Shown: piece after piece, positions 12,001 through 25,015 of the stretch
How positions within the stretch are numbered: position 1 is the first letter of the stretch
Layout: each line of letters starts with the position of its first letter
From: Macrostomum lignano
Taxonomy: Eukaryota
DNA length: 64,000 bases
Direction: 5' to 3'
NCBI GenBank assembly: GCA_002269645.1
Contig: NIVC01001670.1
Location: 145,091 to 209,090 of the forward strand
Notes under the pieces: generated by a model
Databases searched by the model: none
What the model was told of the DNA's origin: nothing
The model's input: only the letters and a program-made list of their open reading frames with translations
Made by a program: the position numbers and the translations under genes

Positions 12001-14243
12001 GAAGCACAGAGACGGAGGCCCGGTAGACCACTTCCGGTCGGAGGTGGTCCACGCGGTGCCCGCTGGCCGAGCAGCTGAGATGCCAGACGCCGCGGAAGCT
12101 GAGGCGGCCAGCCGGCGGCCCAGTCGAATCGAACAGTCGCAGCTCGAGCTCGCGGCAGAAGCGCCGCGCTGGCGGAGGCAGCGGCTGCCACTGGAGTAAC
12201 GCGGCGGATCCCGGGGCTGGCGCGGCCCGGACTCGAAGCTTCAGCCGGTGCCGGCAAGTCTGGGACGGGACAGCGAACTCAGGCTCAGGCTTGGCCTCCG
12301 CTGCCGTGTCTGCAGCTGCTAGCGGCACAACTGCCAGGGGTGATGAAGATAACGGAGGGGATGGGGGAAGCTGCAGAGAAGCTCTGTGTGAGTCTCATTG
12401 GTCAGGCGTTGACTGGCTCTCTGACTAGTTCAGCTGATGAAGCTGAGAATCTGAGAAGCAGATTTAAATAGAATAATTTAGAGCTGAAAATGCTACAGTA
12501 AAGAAATTGATAACTACATTTGAGTTCCTTTGTAAACTTCACTAATGATTTACATTTCATTACTTTTGGATAAAATAATTAGTTTGACTTTTTTCAGGTA
12601 CAAGTCAGAAAAGCATCGCGAGCTGAAAGCAAAAGGAAGCAGACCCAGGCGTACATTGCTGTGAGATATCAGGATCAGTACACATCAGCCTGACTGATTC
12701 GCGCAAACACTATTGTCTACTGTTAGTAAACTATACGGAAAAAGAAATGCTAGAAATACTTGAAATTTGCAAGGACTTCTGCGAGCATGCCAAAAATCAA
12801 TATTCTCATTCATCAGTTCACTCAAAGACTCGGACATTAAATTATGACTTCACTCATATCCTCACTCATAAACTCGCTCATGAACTTGTCGCAGTCTCTC
12901 CTCCCGTAATATGACGGCAACCGGGAATCAATCTGACTGTGAGCTGAGTGCCTGAGTACTCCCCCCCCCCTCTGAATTGCGGGGCGCGAGCAAACTGCTT
13001 CTATTGATTGCAGCCCGAACCGGGAGCTGAGTGCGCTGAGTAGTGCGGGATTTGGGAGGCAACGAGAGGCAGAACTGAGATGAGGGATTCGAGATTGCGG
13101 ATGCTGAATGCCTGCGGATGCAGATGATGCATAAAGACAATTCTCGCTACTCAAGCAGTGTTTTGTGCGTTTCGGCGGCTTCTCACAATTCTGTTCCGCC
13201 TGAATCCCGTGCTGGCTTGCCCTGAGGCGGATTTGCCTTCCCTTCACCTTAGTTCACGGCTTCATCAGCTGCCATGCTGGGGCACCGAGATGGAGCTTCT
13301 GACAGTGTGGCTGTGCTTGTGTGTCTGTGTCTGTGTGTCTGTTTGTGTGTCTCTGTTTGTGTGTCTGTTTGTGTGTCTGTGCTTGTGTGTCTGTGTCTGT
13401 GTGTCTGTGTCTGTGTGTCTGTGTTTGTGTGTCTGTTTGTGTGTCTGTGTTTGTGTGTTTGTGTTTGTGTGTCTGTGTTTGTGTGTCTGTGTTTGTGTGT
13501 CTGTGTTTGTGTGTCTGTGTTTGTGTGTCTGTGTTTGTGTGGCTGTGTTTGTGTGTCTGTGTTTGTGTGGCTGTGCTTGTGTGGCTGTGCTTGTGTGTCT
13601 GTGCTTGTGTGTCTGTGTTTGTGTGTCTGTGTTTGTGTGGCTGTGCTTGTGTGGCTGTGCTTGTGTGGCTGTGCTTGTGTGTCTGTGCTTGTGTGTCTGT
13701 GTTTGTGTGTCTGTGTTTGTGTGGCTGTGTTTGTGTGTCTCTGTTTGTGTGTCTGTTTGTGTGTCTGTGTTTGTGTGTCTGTGTCTGTGTGTCTGTGTTT
13801 GTGTGTCTGTGTTTGTGTGTCTCTGTTTGTGTGTCTGTTGTTTGTGTGTCTGTGTTTGTGTGTCTGTGTCTGTGTGTCTGTGTTTGTGTGTCTGTGTCTG
13901 TGTGTCTGTGTTTGTGTGTCTGTGTTTGTGTGTCTCTGTTTGTGTGTCTATGTTTGTGTGTCTGTGTTTGTGTGTCTGTGTTTGTGTGTCTGTGTTTGTG
14001 TGTCTGTGCTTGTGTGTCTGTGTTTGTGTGGCTGTGCTTGTGTGTCTGTGTTTGTGGTGTGTCTGTGTGCCTGTGTGTATACGTTCTTTGTGTTTGTCTT
14101 TCTGGCTGTCTCATCGCATGTCTTCTATCACCTTATTTACGCTCAGAAAATGCGTCATTTATCACTGAATTTTGGTTGGTATGCATAACAAGCAACTCAC
14201 CAAGCAGAGCCAGGCAGCCGATGGGCAGCCAGATGCTCGGCAT
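9036..14243 (-). CDS. Type I membrane protein, FNDC4/FNDC5-like: signal peptide + one FN3-like domain + single TM + long cytoplasmic tail; exons 14243-14201, 12330-11890, 10177-9036; 541 aa
   Basis: Exon 1 [14 protein letters not shown] ends at a GTGAGT donor (phase 1) and joins VVPLAAADT to give a clean signal peptide. Exon 2 is a phase 1-1 exon with FN3-type W/L/Y pattern (LLQWQPL...[16 protein letters not shown]). Exon 3 starts after a CACAG acceptor with [22 protein letters not shown]. Total 1626 nt, divisible by 3. Confidence 0.85.
9195..9430 (-). repeat. 12-bp coding repeat giving (EQQA/ERQE)n in the cytoplasmic tail
   Basis: GCTGCTCCGCCT-type units on plus, in frame in exon 3. Confidence 0.9.
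11318..11844. repeat. 16-bp minisatellite (CACTGCCATCTGTCTC), about 33 near-identical copies, in intron 2 of the FN3 gene
   Basis: Period 16; the three long ORFs here are its 48-nt translation. Confidence 0.97.
13305..14080. repeat. TG-rich hexamer microsatellite (TGTGTC/TGTTTG) in intron 1 of the FN3 gene
   Basis: Direct reading. Confidence 0.95.
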
Positions 14244-14689
14244 CCCCGTCAGCGGACTCTGTCGCTAGTGCTCTGGAGCCTGTCCCATCGGAGTTGACTC
14301 AATCTTGTGAGGATGGCCTGCGGACCGCTAGGCAGTTGTTTGCTCAGTGCAATTTGAAATTCTGACTAACAGGCGGGGACGCGGATGCTGAGCCAGCGAA
14401 TGACAGCCGGGCGAGAGTGGGCGGCCGCGCCGGAGCAGGGAGTGAGGAGTGGGAGGCGGCCGGCCACACTGAGTGGGGGCTCAAAGTCCATCTTTGAAAG
14501 CGCAGCAGCAGGCAAGCCAGCCACGGTTAAAGTGGGTGTGAAGGGGAAGCAGAGAGCTGGCAAAGAATAGAGAAATAGAGAACAGGAAGTCCGGCACTCG
14601 GGAATAATTTACTAATAGATTGCTGCATCAATTTCCCAGACAACTCAGCTTTCAGCTTTCACACCAGGCACATCTTATAGTTGAAACCA

Positions 14690-15165
<476 letters not shown>

Positions 15166-16448
15166 GAGCATATTTACTGCCATCAAGAGCATGGACAATA
15201 CCATGTATGCAATGAATTGATTCCAGCTCATATTCAAAGTTGGAGACTCAAAGACGCGTAAGCAGATCTCAGCTTCGTTAGCCTCAGCTTCGAGACAATT
15301 GAGATCAGGTTGAAAATATTGACTGCATGCCCAGTATCGTGACTTGAATGGCTTGGAGACACGGGAGACGCAGCTTCACAAGAAAAGCCAGCCTCCGTTA
15401 GAGAGTATACAGTGGCATGGAAGCCTCTGCGCTAATGCCATATAAAACTGCCTTTTGTGCTTGTAAGCTGTTTCCCCATGCAAGCCCCCTGCCTGCTTTG
15501 TGTATCATCTCTGTGCGTGCCTGAGCTGAGGAGAGGAGTGTGGGGGATGCGTCTGTCCCGCTGGGGAGTTCGGGGGGGGGGGCGGACGGACTTTGCTGCA
15601 GGGTGAAGCTGGAAGCGATCGACGTTTCTTTTTTAAAGTTGCAGAAAAGGCACAGGTTCGCACCTGGGGGTCACCCAGAAATCCCAGAAAGCCATTTTGG
15701 GCGGTCCCTCTGGACTAATTATTGGCGCGCCTATTTAGTAAAATTATTGGATAATTCAGTAAAATTATTGGCCTATTTAGTGAAATTATTGCCCAATGGC
15801 CTAATTTCCTAATAGGCTGGAGTGGCATAATTTCAGAAGAAAAAAACAGAAAATTTCCTATCTCGATGGACCTTCAAATAAATTGAATTCGCCAGTTAGC
15901 TAGCCAGCCAGTCGTCCTTGTCTAGCCTCGTAAAGGCGCCGGTAGATTAGTTCTTAATAAATCATTGTCGCTACTTAGAACAGTAGGCAGATGAGCCCGT
16001 AGGCGGCCATCTGTCGCCCTACTTTCTAATTAACCCCTGAGCTGCGGGTCAGTAATCAATTGACGTCAGAAAATTCGAGCAGTTAAGGTAAGAAAGCTGT
16101 TGGATAAGGACTTAAACCAGGGCGGGATAAAGTGAATTTGGGGATTGTTTTGAAGATTAGAAAAACAAAACGCGAACTCGATGACCAGTTTCTAATTATT
16201 GCTTGCTTGTGTTGTCTCGCTCTTGCCCTAGAAGTGTCCTTAAAATCAGGTGTTTACTGATGCTGATGGCCCTTTGCGCGAGCGTCAGCTTTTCTAATTT
16301 TAGACTAAACACTTGCAAATTGCTTTTGCAGGTGTTTCACATAGTCGAGCGATAGGCTGTAATTATTCCCTTCAGAATTTGAATGCAATGTTATTTTCAC
16401 GTTTGGGAAGTCAGGATCTGTGAGTTTTTTATTTGCAAACGGGTTAAG

Positions 16449-16891
16449 TGTAGAGGGGCTGAGACAGTGTACATTGAGGCCAGACGGAATGTAGAGTGAC
16501 TGAGCCAGTGTACATTGAGGCCAGACGGAGTGTAGAGTGACTGAGCCAGTGTACATTGAGGCCAGACGGAGTGTAGAGTGACTGAACCAGTGTACATTGA
16601 GGCCAGACGGAGTGTAGAGGGGCTGAGCCAGTGTACATTGAGGCCAGACGGAGTGTAGAGTGACTGAGCCAGTGTACATTGAGGCCAGACGGAGTGTAGA
16701 GTGACTGAGCCAGTGTACATTGAGGCCAGACGGATTGTAGAGGGGCTGAGCCAGTGTACATTGAGGCCAGACGGAATGTAGAGTGACTGAACCAGTGTAC
16801 ATTGAGGCCAGACGGAGTGTAGAGTGACTGAGCCAGTGTACATTGAGGCCAGACGGAGTGCAGAGTGACTGAAACAGTGTACATTGAGGCC
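16449..16891. repeat. 41-bp minisatellite (TGTAGAGTGACTGAGCCAGTGTACATTGAGGCCAGACGGAG), about 11 copies
   Basis: Period 41; ORFs show the expected 41-aa periodicity. Confidence 0.95.
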
Positions 16892-18148
16892 CGACATCGG
16901 ATGAAGCTGGTGAGGGTTGAATGCAGAATGCTCTCGGTGACTGTCTCGAGGAGCGATTCAAGCAGCCTATTCAGCTTCGTACTAACCGCGGTCAACTCTG
17001 CTTAACTTGGAAACTAAAATCTGCTAACGGCAAATGTGCTGACCCAACTGGTCTTGCAACCCGCCAGTCAGTGAGCTGAGCCAGTGTACAGTTAAAATCA
17101 TTGCTTGATCGAAATTGCGTATTCAAAGTAGGGAATTTTTTCCATTAAAAAGATTAAAAAACGCTATTTTTGTATTACAAGAGCAAGCAACCATGGGCGC
17201 AGTAATTAGTTATTAAAGCTCTCCCCCGATCTGGGGACAAACAGAGAGCAAATCTTTTGCTTCACGGCTAGCCGCAGACGAAGCAGAAAGAATGCTGCAG
17301 AAACTGGTCACGGATCAAAGAAGATCTCGGTTGGGTTGCCTCATCATGCTGGGAGCTTCTGGCCCGTAGCGAGCCCTTGGTCATGGGAAAAGCCGAGGGC
17401 AAAAAACTCAATCCGAGTGAATGAGTCCTCGCTGCTGCTTCTGCTCAAAGCCATTCAGCCTGAGTCAGAGCACAGCGGGCGACTAGCGAACTGTGAGCAG
17501 CTCTCTATACTGATACAGCAGAGATGCTGGATGAAGCGACTGACGGAAACAATAAGCAGTTCCTGCCTGCTCCAGATTCCCCCTGACAGCGAGGCGTGTC
17601 TTTTTTCGGTGTCAGCTCGGCAGGCAGTTTATTTGGCTGAGGGACGGGGCGGGCTTGAGCACAATGACAGAGAAAACCCAATAAAACATGATGAAGCAAG
17701 GCTGAGCTGGATAGACCGCCTACAGTCGTTGCGCGCCCTGTGACGCAAGAGATGAGGGCAGACGGTGCTTGAGATTTCGATAAGCTAAATTTCAATTTCA
17801 GACAAGAATTACAATGCAACTTTTCTTAGAAAAAGTTTGTTTGCAAAAAATGGCAAACATAATCTAAGCTTCCTAAGCCCTCATGAGGTACCATGAAATG
17901 CCAGGTGGGCAGCCGCTTCATCACTCACAGCTGCATGGATGAAGCGAAGTGAAAGGTGTGACGAAGGTGGCCTTTCTCTGCTACAGCAGGATTGGGAAGG
18001 AGGAGAAAAGAGGAGGAGGCTGCGGCAGACAGATGAGGGGGAGGAGTTGGGATGGAGATGAGGGGGCCCTGCTATTATTAAGGCACAAAAATAATAATTA
18101 AGCAGCGATCAGCTCTGTCGGGGATTGGGCGAATCCCAGTGGAGTGAG

Positions 18149-21100
18149 ATGGCGGAGAGGGAGGCTGAGCGGGCTATGAGGGCGATGGGTGCGCTGCCTC
18201 AATATAGAATAAAAACAGCCGGAGACACGGAAAAGCTGGGCCGGTTTTCTAAGATTCGCGCAGAGCGGCAGTTACGGCAGCAGCTTGAAGAGCTTCGCTT
18301 GGTTGTGACCGGCAATATGGGTGAGCTTGTGACTGATTTGACTGCTTTGAATACGAATGGAGCTGAAAGCAAATTAATCACAGTTCCCTCATTCTTGCAG
18401 CCTCTGCTGCACAGAAGCAATTCCTGCATACACAGGAGGTGATCGACCTGCTGAACCGGCGACCGCTGGGCCCGCTAGAGTACATCCTATTCGCCGCCTA
18501 CGGAGTAGCCATGCTGTGGTCGCTGGGCGCCAACGGCCTCTTCATCGCGATGGGCCTGCGGTACAAGCAGCTGAGGCAGCGCCTGCCAAAGCTGATGGTC
18601 AGCCTCGCGGCGTCCAACCTGCTGGTCACTCTGGTCTGCATGCCGGCCGCCGTCTGCTACCTCGTCTACCACACCTGGCCTCTGGGCAAGGTCGGCTGCA
18701 AGCTGATGCACTTTACTGAAGGTGAGGCAAGTGGGGGAACCGGGAGGTTAAAACACCGAGCTGCGCTAGAAAGAGAGATAGACGAGAGGAAAGGAGACGG
18801 AGAGAGGGAAAAGGAGGCATGGGAATAGAAGAGGGGTGAGGAGAGGCAGGAGGCAGGGAGAGGAAAAGGGAAGGAAGGTAGGGGAAGGCACAGGAAGGTA
18901 GGGGAAGAGGCAGGAAGGTAGGGGAAGAGGCAGGATGGTAGGGGAAGAGGCAGGATGGTAGGGGAAGAGGCAGGATGGTAGGGGAAGAGGCAGGATGGTA
19001 GGGGAAGAGGCAGGATGGTAGGGGAAGAGGCAGGATGCTAGGGGAAGAGGCAGGATGGTAGGGGAAGAGGCAGGATGGTAGGGGAAGAGGCAGGATGGTA
19101 GGGGAAGAGGCAGGATGGTAGGGGAAGAGGCAGGATGGTAGGGGAAGAGGCAGGATGGTAGGGGAAGAGGCAGGATGGTAGGGGAAGGGGCAGGATGGTA
19201 GGGGAAGAGGCAGGATGGTAGGGGAAGGGGCAGGATGGTAGGGAGATGAAGGAGCGGGAATGGAGAGGAAGGGGCGGGAATGGAGAGGAAGGGGCGGGAA
19301 TGGAGAGGAAGGGGCGGGAATGGAGAGGAAGGGGCGGGAATTGAGAGGAAAGGGCAGGAAGGTTGGGGAAGTGCAGGAAGGGGGAGGAAGGCTGTCGGGA
19401 AAAGAAGGAGCGACCAGAAGAGACGTGAAATGGCAGTCTAGTTCGTATATGCATTTGTTTGCAATGCACCTTGACTAAAATGTGCCCAAGGACCACTAGG
19501 AACACTTCGTTATAGTCTAGTAGTCTAGTAGTCCTTGAATGCGCCCAGAAGGAAGTTCTAAAGGAATCTAAAGGAAGCTAAAGGAATCTAAAGGAATCTA
19601 AAGGTATCTAAAGGAATCGAAAGGAATCTAAAGGAATCTAAAGGAATCTAAAGGAATCTAAAGGAGTCTAAAGGAATCTAAAGGAATCTAAAGGAATCTA
19701 AAGGTATCTAAAGGAATCGAAAGGAATCGAAAGGAATCTGAAGGAATCTAAAGGAATCTAAAGGAATCTAAAGGAGTCTAAAGGAATCTAAAGGAATCTA
19801 AAGGACTCTAAAGGAATCGAAAGGAATCGAAAGGAATCTAGAGGATTCTAAAGGAATCTAAAGGAATCTAATGGAATCTAAGGGTATCTAAAGGAATTTA
19901 AATGAATCTTAAGGAATCTAAAGGAATCTAAAGGAATCTAAAGGAATCTAAATGAATCTAAAGGAATCTATAGGAATCGAAAGGAATCTAAAAGAATCTT
20001 AAGGAATCTAAAGGAATCTAAAGGAATCTAAGGGTATCTAAAGGAATTTAAATGAATCTTAAGGAATCTAAAGGAATCTAAAGGAATCTAAAGGAATCTA
20101 AATGAATCTTTAGGAGTCGAAAGGAGTCGAAAGGAATCTAAAGGAATCTAAATGAATCTAAAGGAATCTAAAGGAATCTAAAGGAATCGAAAGGAATCTA
20201 AAGGAATCGAAAGGAATCGAAAGGAATCTAAAGGAATCTAAAGGAATCTAAAGGAAGCTAAAGGAATCTAAAGGAATCTAAAGGAATCGAAAGGAATCGA
20301 AAGGAATCTAAAGGAATCTAAAGGAATCTAAAGGAATCTAAAGGAAGCTAAAGGTTCTGCAGTCTCGCTCGTAGAGTGTCATAACAAGCGCAGGTGCGTC
20401 CCGACTAACATGCAGTAGCTTGACACTTAGCGTGTGTGCGCTCTCATTTTTAGTGGAGTTAAGAGCTGTTGCAGCCTGCCCTGGGGGGAATTCAGAGGGA
20501 GAAGGGAAGGGGAGAGGTGAGGAGAAGCATTAGGAGGAAGCAGCTGCGTCAAACAGCAGTTTAGCTGTGGGGACTCAACATTTCGCCTCGGGGATTCTGT
20601 TCTTGTCCTTGATCTGTCTGCCGCGCGGTGATTCGTGAGCTGTCAAAGGAAGTCCGTTGAGTCGAACTGGCCTGGCTGATAGCGATATAGATCTATAATT
20701 AATTTGCCTCTCAGCACAGCACAGGCAGCTAGCAAGGCTTTACTAGAATATAAAATTCCTCAAACGAAAGCCAAGTGCCGCTGGAATACTCAGTCACGTG
20801 CGAATAGGGAAGCTGAGATTCAGCTCCCGCCAAATCGTCTTCATCAAATTGCCTACTCGAATTTCGTCGAAACGAAGACTGTATTAATCTGGGGGTTCGG
20901 AGCTTTGGGATTTGTCTTGCCCATTCTTCTATCCGACAGGAATACTGATGGCCGCTCCCTCTCTTGGCCCCCATTGCTGCGGCCCGCGATGTAGAGACCT
21001 CATCGATGATGCTATCAGAGAGGCAGCTAGCGAGGGCTCACGTGAGCACAAATAGTAATTTTACCCGCGAGTGCCATCAAACACTGCTTAGTGTGTTTGA

Positions 21101-23673
21101 CTGCTGGAATCCAGCTGAGTCCCCTCACGCTACATTGCTCAAAGACATCGGATACTCGAATGCGGATTAGTGTACTCAGCTCAGAGAGGCTGCTTCCTGA
21201 ACAACTGACAAAGTTACATCGAGTCTGTGTTGCAGATTAGACGGAAACAAAACGAAGAAGCGCCCTCGTTAGGGTTGTCAGAGAGGGAGTTGTCAGAGAG
21301 AGGGTTGTCAGAGAGGGAGTTGTCAGAGAGAGGGTTGTCAGAGAGGGACTTGTCAGAGAGGAAGTTGTCAGAGAGAGGGTTGTCAGAGAGGGACTTGTCA
21401 GATAGGGAGTTGTCAGAGAGGGAATTGTCAGAGAGGGAGCTGTCAGAGGGAGTTCTCAGAGAGGGAGTTGTCAGAGAGGGAGTCGTCAGAGAGAGAGGGA
21501 GTTGTCAGAGAGGAAATTGTCAGAGATGGGACTTTTCCGATAGGGAGTTGTCAGATAGGGAGTTGTCAGAGAGGGAGTTGTCAGAGAGGGAGTTGTCAGA
21601 TAGGGAGTTGTCACAGAGGGAGTTGTCAGAGAGGGAGTTTTCAGAGAGGGAGTTGTCAGAAAGGGAGCTGTCAGAGGGAGTTGTCAGAGAGGGATTTGTC
21701 TGAGAGGGATTTGTCAGAGAGGGAGCTGTCAGAGGGAGTTGTCAGAGACGGAGTTGTCAGAGGGATTTGTCAGAGAGGGAGCTGTCAGAGGGATTTGTCA
21801 GAGAGGGAGCTGTCAGAGGGAGTTGTCAGAGAGGAGGGAGTTGTCAGAGAGGGAGTTGTCAGAGAGGGAGCTGTCAGAGAGGGAGTTGTCAGAGAGGGAG
21901 CTGTCAGAGAGGGAGTTGTCAGAGAGGGAGCTGTCAGAGAGGGAGTTGTCAGAGAGGGAGCTGTCAGAGAGGGAGTTGTCAGAGAGGGAGCTGTCAGAGA
22001 GGGAGTTGTCAGAGAGGGAGCTGTCAGAGATATTTGTCAGAGAGGGATTTGTCAGAGAGGGAGCTGTCAGAGGGAGTTGTCAGAGAGGGTTACCCTAGTT
22101 GACCTCAGCTCACCGCCCCAGGCCGGCCCAACCGATTCCAGGCGTGGCCATCATCTCAAACGTGTTCTCCCTGGTTGCCATGGCGATTCTACGCGCCAGG
22201 AGTTTCCGCCGTCAGGAGCCGGTGAAGCAGCGGCTCTGGCAGGGCCGGCGACTCGTCCTGCTGCTTCTGCTGGTGTGGGGCGGCGCTGCCGCTCTCGCCT
22301 CGCCGAACATCTTCATCCGGTCTACCGTGACCTTCGGCGTGCAGAGCATGCAGGAGTTCATGCAGGGCCGCAACCGCGGCGGCGGCGGTGAGGCTCTCAA
22401 CGCTACTGGCAGTCCCAGCGACGCGCCCGAAGACCAGCAGTGCGGCGAAATCTGCGTCACATTCTGCGACGAGTACTGGGGTGAAAACCCGTGGGCGAGG
22501 CGGCTGTACTCCGTGCTGCTGCTGCTGCTGGTATTCTGCATGCCCTGCGCCGTCATCTCAGCTTGCTACTGCTTCATCACCGCTAGCATCGCGGCGCTGG
22601 CCCGCCTGCTCAGCCAGTCGGAGCAGCAGCCTGACGGTGAGGAGCTTCAGCTGTGGCGGCTGCAGCGGCATCAGCAGCGTCCACCGACGCCCCAGCATCC
22701 GGCGCCGCCGAGTCCGAATCTGCTTCATCCAAACAGGTGTCTCATGCTCAACCTGAGCCAGCATCAGCACCAGCGTCATCGTCAATCTTTGCAGTTCTCC
22801 AGCAGCGCTCCGGTCAGCCCGACAACTGGCGGTGGCGGTGGAAGCGACGCCGTCGGTCCCAGCAGCCCCGTGGGTGCGGAGGGCCCTGGCGGCGGCAACG
22901 TAGGCGGGCTCAGCCGCTTCCACAGCCACGACCGCTTGAACCCGTGCGTGTCCTCCTACACGGACCAGATCCAGGCGAGCGAGTCTCACAGCAGCGTGCC
23001 CTCTCAGTACCAGGCCAGCGTCGCGCACCAGTCCACGAAGCGCGCCGTGCAAACGCTGGTGCTCCTTGTCGCCTGCTTCGTTATCTGCTGGCTGCCGGTG
23101 AATCTCGTCGGAGTCTGGATCGACTTCTCCTCTGCTGGCGGCGGTCACCAGCGCCGCGATCCGAGGCCGCCATTCCGGGGCGGGCTGCAGCTGGTGGCCG
23201 GGCGGCCGGAGGTCATGCGACCGCTGGAGGAGAGCATCTACAGCGTGGCGCTGTTTCTCGGCCACCTGCACAGCGCGGTGTCGCCTATTTGCTACTGGTG
23301 CCTCAACAAGAGCTTTCGGCGCCACCTGAGCGCCCTGGCCTCGCGCATGTGCTGCCGGGTATTCAGGCGGTCCGGCAATCGGCAGGACGAGCAGCGCCGA
23401 GGAAGAGGCGGCGGCGCTGGAGTCGGAGCAGGCGGCGGAGCTCGTGGGGGCAGAGGAGACCCTTGCGGCGGCGGCGGAGGCGGCGGAGGCGGCGGCGGCA
23501 GGGCGGAGGGAGCCTGCGCAGTTCCGCTCGTGATCCCTGACGACGCGCCGGACGGACGAACCACAGCAGCGGTGGCGGCCGCTGTTGCCGCCGGCGGGTA
23601 CATCGGCAGCCGGTCCTCGGACACGGAGTCGGCCAGAGTTCTCGCTGGAAAATTGCGCCTGATTGGCCTGTGA
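18149..23673 (+). CDS. Rhodopsin-family (class A) GPCR, neuropeptide-receptor type; exons 18149-18320 (start uncertain), 18401-18721, 22142-23673; about 674 aa
   Basis: Seven TMs: TM1 ...SLGAN, TM2 LAASNLL...MP, TM3 CKLMHFTEG|VAIISNVFSLVAMAILRA, TM4 VWGG...SP, ECL2 CDEYW, TM5 FCMP...CY, TM6 FVICWLP, TM7 HSAVSPICY + helix 8 FRRHL. Both introns (18321-18400, 18722-22141) are GT-AG, phase 1-1; total 2025 nt. Confidence 0.9.
18880..19345. repeat. Two adjacent 20-bp purine-rich minisatellites (GGATGGTAGGGGAAGAGGCA; GAATGGAGAGGAAGGGGCGG) in GPCR intron 2
   Basis: Direct reading. Confidence 0.93.
19555..20352. repeat. 10-bp minisatellite (AAGGAATCTA), about 80 copies, in GPCR intron 2
   Basis: Direct reading. 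Confidence 0.97.
21270..22090. repeat. 15-bp minisatellite (GAGAGGGAGTTGTCA) in GPCR intron 2
   Basis: Direct reading; ELSER pseudo-ORFs. Confidence 0.95.
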
Positions 23674-24544
23674 TCTGGGTGAAACTGCGCCTGATTGGCC
23701 TGTGATCTGGGTGAAACTGCGCCTGATTGGCCTGTGATCTGGGTGAAACTGCGCCTGATTGGCCTGTGATCTGGGTGAAACTGCGCCTGATTGGCCTGTG
23801 ATCTGGGTGAAACTGCGCCTGATTGGCCTGTGATCTGGGTGAAACTGCGCCTGATTGGCCTGTGATCTGGGTGAAACTGCGCCTGATTGGCCTGTGATCT
23901 GGGTGAAACTGCGCCTGATTGGCCTGTGATCTGAGTGAAACTGCGCTTGATTGGCCTGTGATCTGGGTGAAACTGCGCCTGATTGGCCTGTGATCTGGGT
24001 GAAACTGCGCCTGATTGGCCTGTGATCTGGGTGAAACTGCGCCTGATTGGCCTGTGATCTGGGTGAAACTGCGCCTGATTGGCCTGTGATCTGAGTGAAA
24101 CTGCGCCTGATTGGCCTGTGATCTGGGTGAAACTGCGCCTGATTGGCCTGTGATCTGGGTGAAACTGCGCCTGATTGGCCTGTGATCTGGGTGAAACTGC
24201 GCCTGATTGGCCTGTGATCTGGGTGAAACTGCGCCTGATTGGCCTGTGATCTGAGTGAAACTGCGCCTGATTGGCCTGTGATCTGGGTGAAACTGCGCTT
24301 GATTGGCCTGTGATCTGGGTGAAACTGCGCCTGATTGGCCTGTGATCTGGGTGAAACTGCGCCTGATTGGCCTGTGATCTGGGTGAAACTGCGCCTGATT
24401 GGCCTGTGATCTGGGTGAAACTGCGCCTGATTGGCCTGTGATCTGGGTGAAACTGCGCCTGATTGGCCTGTGATCTGGGTGAAACTGCGCCTGATTGGCC
24501 TGTGATCTGAGTGAAACTGCGCCTGATTGGCCTGTGATCTGGGT
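23649..24544. repeat. 32-bp minisatellite (GAAACTGCGCCTGATTGGCCTGTGATCTGGGT), 28 copies; the first copy contains the GPCR last codons and stop
   Basis: Period 32; 28 x 32 = 896 bp fits the span. Confidence 0.97.
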
Positions 24545-25015
24545 GTTTCAGTTGCTCAAAGCTTCACAAACTCGAAACTGTCAAGCTGAGAGCTTCTTGA
24601 AAATTTTGAGTTAGTGAGGCGCACAGTCAGTGACTATCCGGGAATACCCGGGGAATAAAGCCGTGGGAATTCAACTGTCCAGTCCTGGTGTTGCGGCTAG
24701 TTGTCAGGCAAAGAGATTGGAAATTAATATCACTACATAACTATTCGTGTTCTGAATGGATTCAAGTATAGCATACCGCTTTTTTAATGCAATCGTATGT
24801 TCTCTGATAATTTGATCGTGACTTGGAGAAACTGCGAGTCTAAACTTCCTTTGATGAGTTCTTGGAAATGAGTTCTGAAAAGTGAAAGCCCTTTTTATCG
24901 CATAAATTACTTTTATTGTTTATTTTTGTCACTTCGTTAAGATTTTGCTGAAGGTGGAATCTATTTGCAGTAATTAGTTCAAGTAATGAAATTCTGTCAT
25001 TGATGTTTGTTTAAT

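Noticed and set aside
11063-12199. [16 protein letters not shown] / [16 protein letters not shown] repeat proteins
   Set aside because: Products of the 16-bp intronic array, read in all frames
20704-20994. ORF with TM4-like VLIWGFGALGFVLPILL inside GPCR intron 2, as an alternative exon
   Set aside because: The GPCR is already complete, TM3 joins in frame across this intron, and there are no other GPCR motifs
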